Positions 39,214 to 48,556 of a stretch of 64,000 nucleotides of DNA are shown in pieces. How positions within the stretch are numbered: position 1 is the first letter of the stretch; every line of letters begins with the position of its first letter. Source of the DNA: Polyangiaceae bacterium (GTDB lineage: Bacteria; Myxococcota_A; Polyangia; Polyangiales; Polyangiaceae); contig CBDCTZ010000009.1 in assembly GCA_965222375.1 (NCBI GenBank), positions 32,001-96,000 of the forward strand, read 5' to 3'. The notes below the pieces were generated by a model. The model did not search any database. It was given only the letters and a program-made list of their open reading frames with translations, and was not told the origin of the DNA. Both the position numbers and the translations under genes were made by a program.

Positions 39214-41253
39214 ATGTCAGTCAAGCAGCCAAGCAGCCGGCGAGCGACGGCGGGTGCCGGGCTCGCTTCGTTTGTGCTCGTGATGGCGTGCGGCGAAGTC
39301 ACGCTTGAACCAGCAGCACAGATGCGAATTGAGCTTGGTACTTGTGGTGCCACTCCGCTCACCTCGGACGAGTACCGGTTCCCCAGCATTGGGAAGTCCG
39401 TCCGCCTCCGCGCCTGCCAGAACGGCAACGGCCTGGTGGTCGAGGCCACGGATGCCAGCCTCGGCAAGGCACTTGACTTCGAGCAGTTGCGCCAGGCGGA
39501 TGCGGTTGCGTTCAAGGCGTACTCGGGCGCGACGGTCGATGATCGGGTGAACAAGGACGCCACCACCGTCGAAGCCGACGTCTGGTTGCGGGTAGACCTG
39601 TCAGACGCGCCCCGGAAGGAGGTGCTCGCCGCCTCGGTTCCAGACCGAAACACCTGGGAAGCAACGATGCGGGCAAGGGTGGCGGCTGCGAAGGCCAACA
39701 TTCGCCAGCACAGCCTGCTGTCCGATGCATCGGTGGCGCGGGGCTCACCGGCGAGCGATTGGTTGCCAGTGATCAGGGTCAAGGGCTCGATGACTGAGAT
39801 AGAGGCGTTGGGCAAGCTACCGGAGGTTTGGCAGGTTCGTATTGCGGACCGTGCCGAGTACGGAGCCACGGCCACGGCCGAGGAGTACTTCACGACAACG
39901 CAGCAGAGCGTCCTGGACGCGTTTGCTATTGACGGCACGGGTCGGACTGTCGCGATCCTTGAGGCTCCGTTGCCGGACTCAACCTACAACCTGTCCGGAT
40001 TGCCAGCGGGTTCGTGTGTGCCTGGCTATGGGCCCTACAACTACAAGTGTCACTGCAACGACAACAAGCGGACCCCGCATCCGCGTCAAACCGGAAGCGT
40101 CGTACGCAACTCCGCGGTTTCGTTCGGAGGTATGGCTGACGAGGCCTCCCGGATATTCGCGAATCACTCGACGTATTGTACGACCCATGGACCAGATCCG
40201 GTCGCTAGCGCCATCGGTTGGGCCACTGCCTCCGGGGCAAGTGTAATCAACCAAAGTGAGTGGATGGGAGCGGATGGAACGCCGCAGAACGCACGGGACC
40301 TCTTGTTTGACTGGACTGCCGCCACCATTCCCTGGCCGACTATGGTCACCACGGTGGGCAACTACATTCCGACAGATCCGAACCAGAACGACTACCGTGC
40401 CAGTGGAAACCTCCGAAATGGCCTGTCAATCGGCGGTGCAGTCGAGGATCCGGTCGATCCAACCAATCGAGATCTCGTGACCTGGGATCCGACCGCAGCG
40501 AGGATCAACTACCTTGGCTCTGGCGGCATGGAGATGCCCCACCTCTCGGCAATCAGCCAAAACGTGCGGGTGTCCGGTTTCTTGCCGGCATCCACAGAAC
40601 TATTTGGAGGCACAAGCGCGGCTGCCCCGGAGGTCGCTGCTGTCGTTGCTGCCCTCCAAGAGAACAACTCCGCGCTGGTCAATTGGCCAGAGGCGACAAT
40701 TGCCGGCCTCATGGCGAGCGCTGACGACGATACCGACGGCACGTGGCTGAATCTGCACGACATGGTCGACGACAGTGATGGCGCGGGGCTGGTCAATGCC
40801 TACCTGGCGGGTGTGGCCTTGACGCCGTGGGCCAAGTTCGACGGCGGCAACACGCCAGCTGCCACTGGCCATGACTATGGGACGATCGACTCTACGACGA
40901 CGCCTGTGCAGTCGTATTACGGTGAAACCTGGAATGCCACGGTCGCGCCGGGTGAGGTTCTGCGAGTGGCGTTGGTCATGTTTTCGCAACCTGCCTGCCC
41001 ATCAACTCCCGGGTGGTCGGTGTCGCCGTGCTCTGGGAATGATGCTCCCTTTCCGAAGGTTGCGCTCGTCGTTTGGGACGGATCGACGATCGTGAGGATG
41101 TCATTCAGCGTGTCCAACAACTACCAATACGCCACTTGGCAAAACACCACCCAGTCCACGAAAACGTATTCCATCAACTACATGGTGTACAATTGGAGTG
41201 GGCTGGGGAGCACAACTTGGGGAATCGCATGGGCATCCGGAACTTACAACTGA
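39214..41253 (+). CDS. Divergent S8 subtilase-like lipoprotein
   Basis: VMAC lipobox; DGTGRTVAILE, HPRQTG, VINQS, TVGN, GTSAAAPEVA. Confidence 0.82.
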   Translation: MSVKQPSSRRATAGAGLASFVLVMACGEVTLEPAAQMRIELGTCGATPLTSDEYRFPSIGKSVRLRACQNGNGLVVEATDASLGKALDFEQLRQADAVAFKAYSGATVDDRVNKDATTVEADVWLRVDLSDAPRKEVLAASVPDRNTWEATMRARVAAAKANIRQHSLLSDASVARGSPASDWLPVIRVKGSMTEIEALGKLPEVWQVRIADRAEYGATATAEEYFTTTQQSVLDAFAIDGTGRTVAILEAPLPDSTYNLSGLPAGSCVPGYGPYNYKCHCNDNKRTPHPRQTGSVVRNSAVSFGGMADEASRIFANHSTYCTTHGPDPVASAIGWATASGASVINQSEWMGADGTPQNARDLLFDWTAATIPWPTMVTTVGNYIPTDPNQNDYRASGNLRNGLSIGGAVEDPVDPTNRDLVTWDPTAARINYLGSGGMEMPHLSAISQNVRVSGFLPASTELFGGTSAAAPEVAAVVAALQENNSALVNWPEATIAGLMASADDDTDGTWLNLHDMVDDSDGAGLVNAYLAGVALTPWAKFDGGNTPAATGHDYGTIDSTTTPVQSYYGETWNATVAPGEVLRVALVMFSQPACPSTPGWSVSPCSGNDAPFPKVALVVWDGSTIVRMSFSVSNNYQYATWQNTTQSTKTYSINYMVYNWSGLGSTTWGIAWASGTYN

Positions 41254-41924
41254 GACTGTTCTTGTGCGCCGCAGCCGGCTTTGCGCTGGGCTGCGGGTCT
41301 GAAGATGATCCATCCGGGACGACCGGTTCAGACGGGTCTCTGAGCATCGAGAAGGCGGCTTGCTACCCGGAACTGAAGACGTTTATCACGGAACTCCACA
41401 AAGCTAAGGCGTGCGTCGATGCGTCGGAATGCATGCACGCCGCGGCCAAGGCCCCGCTCTGGGAAGATGACCTGCTGGGATTCTACCTCAGCAGCAACGG
41501 GGACCTGGGGAAGGTCCAGGCAACAGGTGAAGTCTACGGGAAGTGTGTGAACGAAATGCTCCACGGTTCTTCGCGATTGCCTACTCAGGGCGTGTGTTGG
41601 CGAAACAAGTGTTGGGCGCCGCCCAGCGGCCCCGACCAGGGCAGCTGTTTCGCGGATGCACCGACGCAAGACGAGTGCGCGGAGTGCTACTGCGGTTCAC
41701 CTTCAGCCAACGCAAAGGAGTGCTGGAACGACCCGTTGTGCGTCGAGTACTACGAGTGTGCGCGCCAGGAGAGTTGCCTCGGCAGCCTGCAATGTGCGGA
41801 CCCCAGCTCCCCTTGTGCGAAGATCCTCGCCAAGGCGACGGGGAACCGACGGCTGCTCCTGCAGGGCATTGATCGAGATATCAAGCAGCTCGGCTGCGGA
41901 CCACTTTGCGTTGCGTCCAAGTGA
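41229..41924 (+). CDS. Cys-rich lipoprotein
   Basis: FALGC lipobox; many Cys; overlaps the S8 stop by 25 bp. Confidence 0.72.
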   Translation: MGIRNLQLRLFLCAAAGFALGCGSEDDPSGTTGSDGSLSIEKAACYPELKTFITELHKAKACVDASECMHAAAKAPLWEDDLLGFYLSSNGDLGKVQATGEVYGKCVNEMLHGSSRLPTQGVCWRNKCWAPPSGPDQGSCFADAPTQDECAECYCGSPSANAKECWNDPLCVEYYECARQESCLGSLQCADPSSPCAKILAKATGNRRLLLQGIDRDIKQLGCGPLCVASK

Positions 41925-42336
41925 GGCACCTCCACACAAGGCGGCTGGCCGACCGAGTGGCGCGCTGCCGCTCGCCGCAGCTCACGAACCGGACGCGCTG
42001 GCAGTGCCTTCAAGCGCAGCCCGCAGCGTTCAAGCTCGTTGGTAGACTGCCTCCGACTCGTAGTACAGTTTCTCACCCGTGGCCAGAGGGGCGGAACCAA
42101 TCCTCTGACAACGGGTTGAGCAGTTGGGTCGGGCAGGAGCGCAGTCGCCAGGGCTCGAAACGGCCGGCTCAACGGTCAACTTTGCTGGGAATCCCTCCGT
42201 ATTTCCCATGGCTGCCCGTGACCGCCAGGGTGGGGCTTGCATACTTGCCGGCCTCGGTTTCGACGAACTACCCGTCACGTGCAAGGCCAAACAGTGTTGC
42301 GCCGTCCTTGAGGTGGCGCTTCCCCGGCGCCCCGCC

Positions 42337-42978
42337 ATGACCTACCAAGCCGCCTCGCAGTTTCTTCCGCTCGACCCGGGACTCGCAGGTCGGTTTGTGG
42401 CTCGCGCGCTCGCGGGTCTCAAGCCCCGAGCCCTAGAGTTGCTGCCCAGCGTGCCGCCGGACGAAATCAGGGGTGTGCTCGGTGACATTGGCGGCGCAAA
42501 GCTGCTCTCTCGCGAGGAGTTTCTCAAGGAATGGGAAGAGTCCTGCGAACGGGGCGAACAGCTCTCTGAGGCCGAGTGGGACACATTCTTCGACGAACTA
42601 GAATCCATTGCTGAGGGCCTAGTTGCCGAAGCCGTCTCCGCGCTTGAGGCGGTGCCCGCCCTGACCGACCAGCACAGCGAGGATCGCCCCGCCGCAAAGA
42701 CGCCCCGGCGGCGCGAGCGACGGGCGAGCGCGTCAGTCGCCGCCCATGGCGAGGGCGATTCGGACCCTCCATCTGGAGCCGAACCTCGGGCACTGGTCCT
42801 CGGTCGACTGGGTCAGGTGATTCAGGAGGCGGACGCCTTAGTCGCCAGTCTTCTTGACGCGCCGGCCGACGCGCCGTCGCAGGGGCCACGCGTGCGTCAA
42901 GTGCGATTACCCACGCCACCCAACGACCTCCACATGGCGAAAGCTCGCAAGATCCTGCGACTTAAGGGGCTGATATGA
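42337..42978 (+). CDS. Hypothetical protein translationally coupled to the integrase
   Basis: ATGA overlap with int; start uncertain (the ORF is open from 42124). Confidence 0.6.
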   Translation: MTYQAASQFLPLDPGLAGRFVARALAGLKPRALELLPSVPPDEIRGVLGDIGGAKLLSREEFLKEWEESCERGEQLSEAEWDTFFDELESIAEGLVAEAVSALEAVPALTDQHSEDRPAAKTPRRRERRASASVAAHGEGDSDPPSGAEPRALVLGRLGQVIQEADALVASLLDAPADAPSQGPRVRQVRLPTPPNDLHMAKARKILRLKGLI

Positions 42979-44237
42979 GCAAGAAGAGGCGGGCGCCAGG
43001 AACGGGCGGGGTCAGCAAGACGGCGAGTGGAAGATACCTCGCGCGTCTGCCAGACAAGACGAGCCTTGGCGTTTTTGATACGACCGAAGAAGCCAACGCG
43101 ATCCTGGACGCGGCGGTCCTCGCTCTCGCGGAGCACAACGTGCCGCTCGTCGGCGGCATCACGTTTCGAGGTTGGTTTGGCACGTTCCTGGATGAGTTGG
43201 AGAAATCGCGCGGCTATCACGGCTTATCCACTGCACGATCGATTGCCCGCGTTTGGCTGCCGCAAGCGCCGTTCATCGACTTTCCTCTTCGCAGCATTAC
43301 GCAGAGGCATATCGAGAAATGGGTCACAGATTTGGTCAAACTGCCCATCGATGAAGTGAGTGACAGCTACATCGAGCAAATCCTCGGGCTTCTTCGCAAG
43401 GCGTTCAAAGCGGCAATGGCGGCCGGACTCCTGGAGAAGAACCCGGTGCGGTATCGCAGTGAAATGGACCTTCAGAAACGCCCAGCGCCAACGGAAGATC
43501 CATGGACCCACCTCGATCCCGATGAGCAGCAGCGCATGATCCACGCCCCACCGGAGGTGGCCCACCAGTGCATGGTGGAGTTTGCATTGCTAACGGGTGT
43601 GCGTTCCGGCGAGCAGTTTCTACTCCACGATCGGGACGTTCATCTCGACGTGGACAATCCGCACATCATCATCAGGTTCGGCGCTGTCGACCGCGGCGTG
43701 TGGCGCGCTCCGAAGGGCCGTCAGATTCGGAAGGTCCACCTCCTCCCCGGTGCCATCAAACTGCTCCGCCGGTGGTTCGAGATCCGCGACGAGTGGTGCG
43801 CACCAAACGTCAATGTTCGGGGGCTAGCAAACTTCGGTCGGTCGCTGGTCTTTCCCGGACGTCGGGGTGGCAGGCTGAGTTCGGACACTTTCTCTTCACC
43901 GCCCAAAAAGGGCGTCCCCAGCCCGTGGCAGCGTTGGCTAGCCACTGCTCGGATTGGGCGTGATGTCCGGTGGCATGATCTGCGCCACACTCACGCCGCC
44001 AGTCTCATAAGCGGGTGGTTTGGGAGACGCTGGTCCCTGGAAGAAATCCGAGAGGTACTTGGCCACAGCCGTCTGGAGGAGACGCAGCGCTATGCGCACC
44101 TGGATCCCAGCGCCCTGCAGCGGACCGCTGCGGAGACGCCGTTGTCTACGGCACAGACAATTTCCCGCCGGCGGATCCTAAAGATCCCAGAAGATCCAAA
44201 TAGTTATGCTTCGTATGGGGTGAGTGACGGGAATTGA
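42975..44237 (+). CDS. int: Tyrosine recombinase/integrase (integrated, C-terminally truncated form)
   Basis: TGVRSGE, PKG, HDLRHT, LGHS, TQRYAH; N-terminal arm-binding-like domain; stop codon lies within the tRNA-His sequence. Confidence 0.96.
   Translation: MSKKRRAPGTGGVSKTASGRYLARLPDKTSLGVFDTTEEANAILDAAVLALAEHNVPLVGGITFRGWFGTFLDELEKSRGYHGLSTARSIARVWLPQAPFIDFPLRSITQRHIEKWVTDLVKLPIDEVSDSYIEQILGLLRKAFKAAMAAGLLEKNPVRYRSEMDLQKRPAPTEDPWTHLDPDEQQRMIHAPPEVAHQCMVEFALLTGVRSGEQFLLHDRDVHLDVDNPHIIIRFGAVDRGVWRAPKGRQIRKVHLLPGAIKLLRRWFEIRDEWCAPNVNVRGLANFGRSLVFPGRRGGRLSSDTFSSPPKKGVPSPWQRWLATARIGRDVRWHDLRHTHAASLISGWFGRRWSLEEIREVLGHSRLEETQRYAHLDPSALQRTAAETPLSTAQTISRRRILKIPEDPNSYASYGVSDGN
44215..44235 (+). 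repeat. att core, right copy (within tRNA-His)
   Basis: Identical to 23130-23150. Confidence 0.95.
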
Positions 44238-44291
44238 ACCCGCGACAACTGAAGCCACAATCCAGTGCTCTACCACTGAGCTACACCCACC
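44216..44291 (-). tRNA. tRNA-His(GTG)
   Basis: GGTGGGTGTAGCTCAGTGGTAGAGCACTGGATTGTGGCTTCAGTTGTCGCGGGTTCAATTCCCGTCACTCACCCCA: cloverleaf, G-1:C73 pair, encoded CCA. Confidence 0.97.
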
Positions 44292-44386
44292 ATGGGTCCC
44301 AACGGGGGGCTGTTTGTATTCCACACTCGGCGCTGGCCGCAAGGGGAGCCTGGCGCCCGCCGGCGCCGCACCCATTTTTGTGGGCA

Positions 44387-45424
44387 TCACAGCTTGAAGT
44401 GCTGGCGCTGAACGCTTCGGCAACCCTCCAGATCTCGCTCGTGCACGGGCGAGAGCTCCCCACTGCTGGGTTCGAACATGCCCGGCTCGACCAGGCCCGC
44501 CACGGCGGACTGCAGCGAGTCCGTCAGTGCGGTTAGGTCGTATCCCCCTTCCAGTAGGAGCCCAATCCGGTCCTGAGCTTGCTCCGGCAGAGCGGTTCGG
44601 AGGGCGGATAGCATGAAGCGATACGTCGACGCGGTCAGGCGCATCGACGCCAGCGGATCTCGCTCGTGGGCATCGAACCCAGCGCTCACCAAGAGCAGCT
44701 CTGGTGCGTATTGTTCGAGGACCGGCAATACCACCCGTTCGAAGGCTGCCCGATACGCGCTTTCTCCAGCGCCCTGGTTCAAGGGCAGATTCACCGTGTA
44801 GCCCGTCCCATCGCCGCGGCCGCATTCCCGGGCCGCGCCGCTGCCGGGATAAAACGGGAATTGGTGCAATGAAACGAAGAGCACACTCGGATCCTCGTAG
44901 AACATCTCCTGGGTGCCATTGCCGTGGTGCACGTCGAAATCCACGACGGCGACTCGCGCGGTGCCGCGCTGCCTGGCGTGTGCGGCGGCCACGGCGACGT
45001 TGTTCAACAGGCAAAACCCCATTGCGCCGTCCGGCCGAGCGTGGTGACCGGGCGGGCGCACCAAGGCCAAGCCGGCCTGAGCCTGGCCGTCCATCAACGC
45101 ATCCACGATCGCGATCCCAGCGCCAGCCGCGCGTCGCGCCGCCGCCACAGAGTCGGCGGAGTAATACGTGTCTGGGTCCAGGTGACCTTGCTTTCCGGCC
45201 CGTTGGCCGAGGTCCTCCAGGTAGCGTTCCGTGTGCACCCTGGCCAGCTCCGTCTCCGTGGCGTCCTGGGGCTCCAAATCGAGCCTGGAAACTTGCTCGG
45301 CCATGGCTCGGGCCAGGCCGTCTCTGGCAGCCTCCAAGCGCTCTGGGCGCTCGGGATGAGGGCTTTCGCTGCGGTGGAGGGAAAACAGGGGATCGTCCGC
45401 GACGGCGAGGGTGCGCATGGGCAT
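44387..45424 (-). CDS. Histone deacetylase family (AcuC/AphA-like) amidohydrolase
   Basis: HPERPER, RPPGHHA, GFC, DFDVHHGNGTQ, SAGFD, LEGGY. Confidence 0.96.
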   Translation of the reverse strand: MPMRTLAVADDPLFSLHRSESPHPERPERLEAARDGLARAMAEQVSRLDLEPQDATETELARVHTERYLEDLGQRAGKQGHLDPDTYYSADSVAAARRAAGAGIAIVDALMDGQAQAGLALVRPPGHHARPDGAMGFCLLNNVAVAAAHARQRGTARVAVVDFDVHHGNGTQEMFYEDPSVLFVSLHQFPFYPGSGAARECGRGDGTGYTVNLPLNQGAGESAYRAAFERVVLPVLEQYAPELLLVSAGFDAHERDPLASMRLTASTYRFMLSALRTALPEQAQDRIGLLLEGGYDLTALTDSLQSAVAGLVEPGMFEPSSGELSPVHERDLEGCRSVQRQHFKL

Positions 45425-45519
45425 GGAAAAAGTGTACCCTCGCGCCGCCTGCCCGGGGATGGGTAGTGTTCGCTGGCTCCAAATTCGGGGTCTGTTTTTC
45501 AGTCGAAGGGGTCTGACTC

Positions 45520-46965
45520 ATGCGCTGGAAGATCATCGTCTTCAACGCCCTCATCGTGGTGATTATGGGAGTGCTCACCTACGCGCTCCTGGCAACGTCC
45601 CTCAGCGACGTCGTTCAAAACCCCAGCCAGCGAAAAACCGAGGTCGCGCAGTCCTTGCGTGCGGCCAGCGCCCAGCTGGCGCTGGACGGCCTACGCCTCG
45701 AGCGCTGGATGGACGCCAAGACGAACACCGCGCCGGTCAAAGAAGTCTATTCGGCTGGAACGCCAGCGGCCCGGAGCGAGGCCGCCACGGTCCAGGCCAA
45801 CAAGATCCGTGACGCTGCCGTTGCGGAACCTTCCTTCGCGAAAATGGCGCCGGCTCTGGTGCTGTTCGTGGACCGCACGGGGATTGCGATGGGTCGCAAC
45901 GGCTCGGCGCTGATGCGCGGGGACAAGATGGCCGAAGCCTATCCGTCGCTGACCAAGTCCCTCGAGTCCGGCAACACCATGAGTGACATCTGGCTCAATC
46001 GCGAGCGCCAGGAGCAACTCTTGGCCAGCTACGCGCCGATTCGCGGCGAAAACGGCGAGGTGGTGGGTGCACTGGTCGTGGGAACACCCCTCAACGACGA
46101 CCGCCTGTCTCGCACCAGCGAAATGACCAGCGGCCACTTCTTGGCCCTTTCCGTGGCGGGCGAGAAGCTCGAAACCGTCGCGTCCAGCGGCCGCGCGTCA
46201 GCCGGGGTCGTCGACGCGGCGTCCTCGGAGACCGTGACCGCGGCCTCCAAGGCAGCTCTGAGCACCGCCAACGTGGCCGCCGCTGACGGCGTCCACGCGG
46301 CGCACGTCTTCGCGGCAGCGCCCCTGTCCGGGTATGGCGACGGCAAGCGCGCGGTGATCATCGCCGCGGTTCCGGCCTCTCTCGTAGGCAGCCTGGGCGG
46401 CTTGCTGTGGCCCGTCTTTGGCGTGTCTGCTCTCGGCATCTTGCTTGTGCTGGTCACCGGCTACCTGCTCGGCAACTACTTCTCTCGCCCCGTCAGTGAG
46501 CTGGAGGACGGCCTGCTGGCTGTCATCAACGGTCGTACGGATCTGCGCTTCCAAATCGAGCACCCGGACTTGGGTGGTCTGGTGTTCCGAATCAACTCGC
46601 TGCTCAACCAGCTGATGGGTGTGCCGGAGGACACCACCGACGAGGAAGGCCGACCCTCCATTCCGACTCAGGGTGGTCCGGCTTTCGAAGACTTGTCGGT
46701 GCAGGATGGCGGGACCAGCGCGGAGGCGGCTCAAGCCCTGCATGCCGAGGATGCCAACGCCTACTATCAGCGGTTGTTCAACGAGTACATCAACGCCAAG
46801 CGTGAGCTCGGCGAACCCGTGGATCACATCACTCAGTCTGCCTTCGTCTCGCATATTCGTCAAAACGAGCAGCAAGGCATGGCCCAGTCGGGTCGACCCG
46901 TGCGCTATCGGGTCGAGGTTCGCGGCAACGCCATCACCCTCGTCGCAGTTCCGTTGCCGGGCTAA
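45520..46965 (+). CDS. MXAN_5187-like membrane protein (Cache-like sensor, HAMP, C-terminal domain)
   Basis: Two TMs around a periplasmic domain, HAMP-like segment, C-terminal LFNEYINAKRELGE...VRYRVEVRG. Confidence 0.75.
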   Translation: MRWKIIVFNALIVVIMGVLTYALLATSLSDVVQNPSQRKTEVAQSLRAASAQLALDGLRLERWMDAKTNTAPVKEVYSAGTPAARSEAATVQANKIRDAAVAEPSFAKMAPALVLFVDRTGIAMGRNGSALMRGDKMAEAYPSLTKSLESGNTMSDIWLNRERQEQLLASYAPIRGENGEVVGALVVGTPLNDDRLSRTSEMTSGHFLALSVAGEKLETVASSGRASAGVVDAASSETVTAASKAALSTANVAAADGVHAAHVFAAAPLSGYGDGKRAVIIAAVPASLVGSLGGLLWPVFGVSALGILLVLVTGYLLGNYFSRPVSELEDGLLAVINGRTDLRFQIEHPDLGGLVFRINSLLNQLMGVPEDTTDEEGRPSIPTQGGPAFEDLSVQDGGTSAEAAQALHAEDANAYYQRLFNEYINAKRELGEPVDHITQSAFVSHIRQNEQQGMAQSGRPVRYRVEVRGNAITLVAVPLPG

Positions 46966-47101
46966 ATCCAGGCAAAACCCCAGGTCGCGCCTGGCGCTCT
47001 GCCGCCGCTATGTTCGGGGTCATCTCCGCATGACGCTGCGGTCGCGCTCGGTGAGGGTTCGAGCTATAAGCCCCACGGCCCGAGCCATGAGGACCTGACC
47101 G

Positions 47102-47842
47102 ATGGGACTATTTGACATCTTCAAAGGGAAGGGCGACGCCAAGCCCAAAGTGCGAGACAAGGACATCGCTCGCATGACCAAGCTCGTCTCCACCAAGATG
47201 AGCCAGAACTACGATCGGCAAGAGGCCCTCGACGAGCTCGGCCGAATCGAGACTGCCCAGAGCGCCGCCGCTCTTCTCAAGCGCTTCGACTGGACGATGG
47301 AGCCCTCCATCACCGATCAAGACGAAAAGGAAACTGCGATGCGAGGCGTCATCGCTGCAGGTGAAGCGGCCCTCGAACCGATTCGAGAGCACTGCAAAAA
47401 GGCGGAAAGCCTGACCTGGCCGCTCCGAACCCTCAAGGGCATCGTCTCCTCGGACCGCTACGTGGAGGAGCTGCTTGGCATCCTGGATCTCTTCGACACG
47501 GAGTACGTGCGAAATCCCGAGCCAAAGATCCAGCTGATCACCCTGCTCGAGGAGCACCCATCGGCGGACGTACGCATCGCGGTGGAGCCCTTCCTCCAGG
47601 ATGCCAGCGAACCCGTGCGCTTCGCGGCGGTCACCACGGTGTTCAAGATGGATGACGACGAGAGCGCTCCCTCGTTGATAGCGGCCATCGTCGAAGAAGA
47701 GAGCTTGCGGGTCCGCAACCGAATCGCCCAAGGCTTCGTCGACCGGGACTGGGAAGTCTCCGAATCCCTCGCCGAGAGCTTCGACGAAGCGCTGCCCCCG
47801 GACTACTCTCTCGCCGGCGACAAGGTCCAGCGCACGGGCTGA
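47102..47842 (+). CDS. HEAT-repeat protein
   Basis: FLQDASEPVRFAAV, EEESLRVR helical repeats. Confidence 0.85.
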   Translation: MGLFDIFKGKGDAKPKVRDKDIARMTKLVSTKMSQNYDRQEALDELGRIETAQSAAALLKRFDWTMEPSITDQDEKETAMRGVIAAGEAALEPIREHCKKAESLTWPLRTLKGIVSSDRYVEELLGILDLFDTEYVRNPEPKIQLITLLEEHPSADVRIAVEPFLQDASEPVRFAAVTTVFKMDDDESAPSLIAAIVEEESLRVRNRIAQGFVDRDWEVSESLAESFDEALPPDYSLAGDKVQRTG

Positions 47843-47960
47843 GTTCGCGCCGGCCCCGCGCATCTAGGCCTTTGGTTTTTGGGGTCGGTTCGCGGGGTCA
47901 AGCTGGGCTACTACTCTCGACCTGGGCCATGCGTTGCCTGGGGGCATGCTTGGGCGCAAG

Positions 47961-48045
47961 TGTGAGCGCGCGCGAGCGTGAGCGTGAGGGCGGGCGCGGG
48001 CGTGAGCGGGAGGGCGGGCGCGAGCGGGAGGGCGGGCGTTGCGTT
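47961..48045 (+). repeat. Degenerate hexamer (GCGTGA/GCGGGA/GGGCGG) tract
   Basis: Low-complexity tract of the same family as 48590-48760. Confidence 0.75.
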
Positions 48046-48218
48046 CGGCTTTCCGTTTGGTGAATTTGATTCTGCCAGTGGGCTCGGTCGGTTCAAGGCC
48101 GGTGCCGGCTTCGCCGGTGGCTGCTGGCGCAGCCAGCCTTGAGCCGACCTCGACCCACTGGCGGGTGAGGTGGGTTTGTTTGAAACGCGCGCGGAAGCGC
48201 GCAGGAAAGGAACACCCA

Positions 48219-48542
48219 ATGCTCCGTATCTATCCAGTCAGTATTCAGGTGGCGCGGGAAGTTCGGCCCATGGCGGACCGAATTGCTCGCTTCGATCGGG
48301 CGGCGTCGTTGCAGTTGCGCAAATCGCTCGGCTCGGTCGTCAACAACCTTGCGGAAGGCTCGGGGCTCCGAGCTCGGCGGCGGAGGCTGGCCTACGAAAT
48401 CGCGCTGGGTGAAGCGCGGGAAGCGCTGGCGACTCTCGAGTTCGCTGAAGCCATGCGCTATGCGCCACCCGTGTCTCCCGAGCTTCGCGCACGCTTCAAC
48501 CACATTATCGGAACTCTCGTCAAAATCGTTCACCGCCCGTAG
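48219..48542 (+). CDS. Four-helix-bundle protein (23S rRNA IVS protein / bAvd-like family)
   Basis: QLRKSLGSVVNNLAEG, YEIALGEARE; AAGGA RBS. Confidence 0.88.
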   Translation: MLRIYPVSIQVAREVRPMADRIARFDRAASLQLRKSLGSVVNNLAEGSGLRARRRRLAYEIALGEAREALATLEFAEAMRYAPPVSPELRARFNHIIGTLVKIVHRP

Positions 48543-48556
48543 ACGCAAGCCTGCAC

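Larger units (their letters stand above)
23130..44235. mobile_element. Integrative genomic island (~21.1 kb) inserted at the tRNA-His 3' end
   Basis: 21-bp direct repeat at both ends, tyrosine integrase abutting the tRNA, accessory and decayed cargo. Confidence 0.92.

Noticed and set aside
23130..44235. Intact prophage or ICE
   Set aside because: No terminase, capsid, tail, relaxase or T4SS genes recognised.
48219..48542. Diversity-generating retroelement
   Set aside because: No reverse transcriptase and no TR/VR pair seen in the window.
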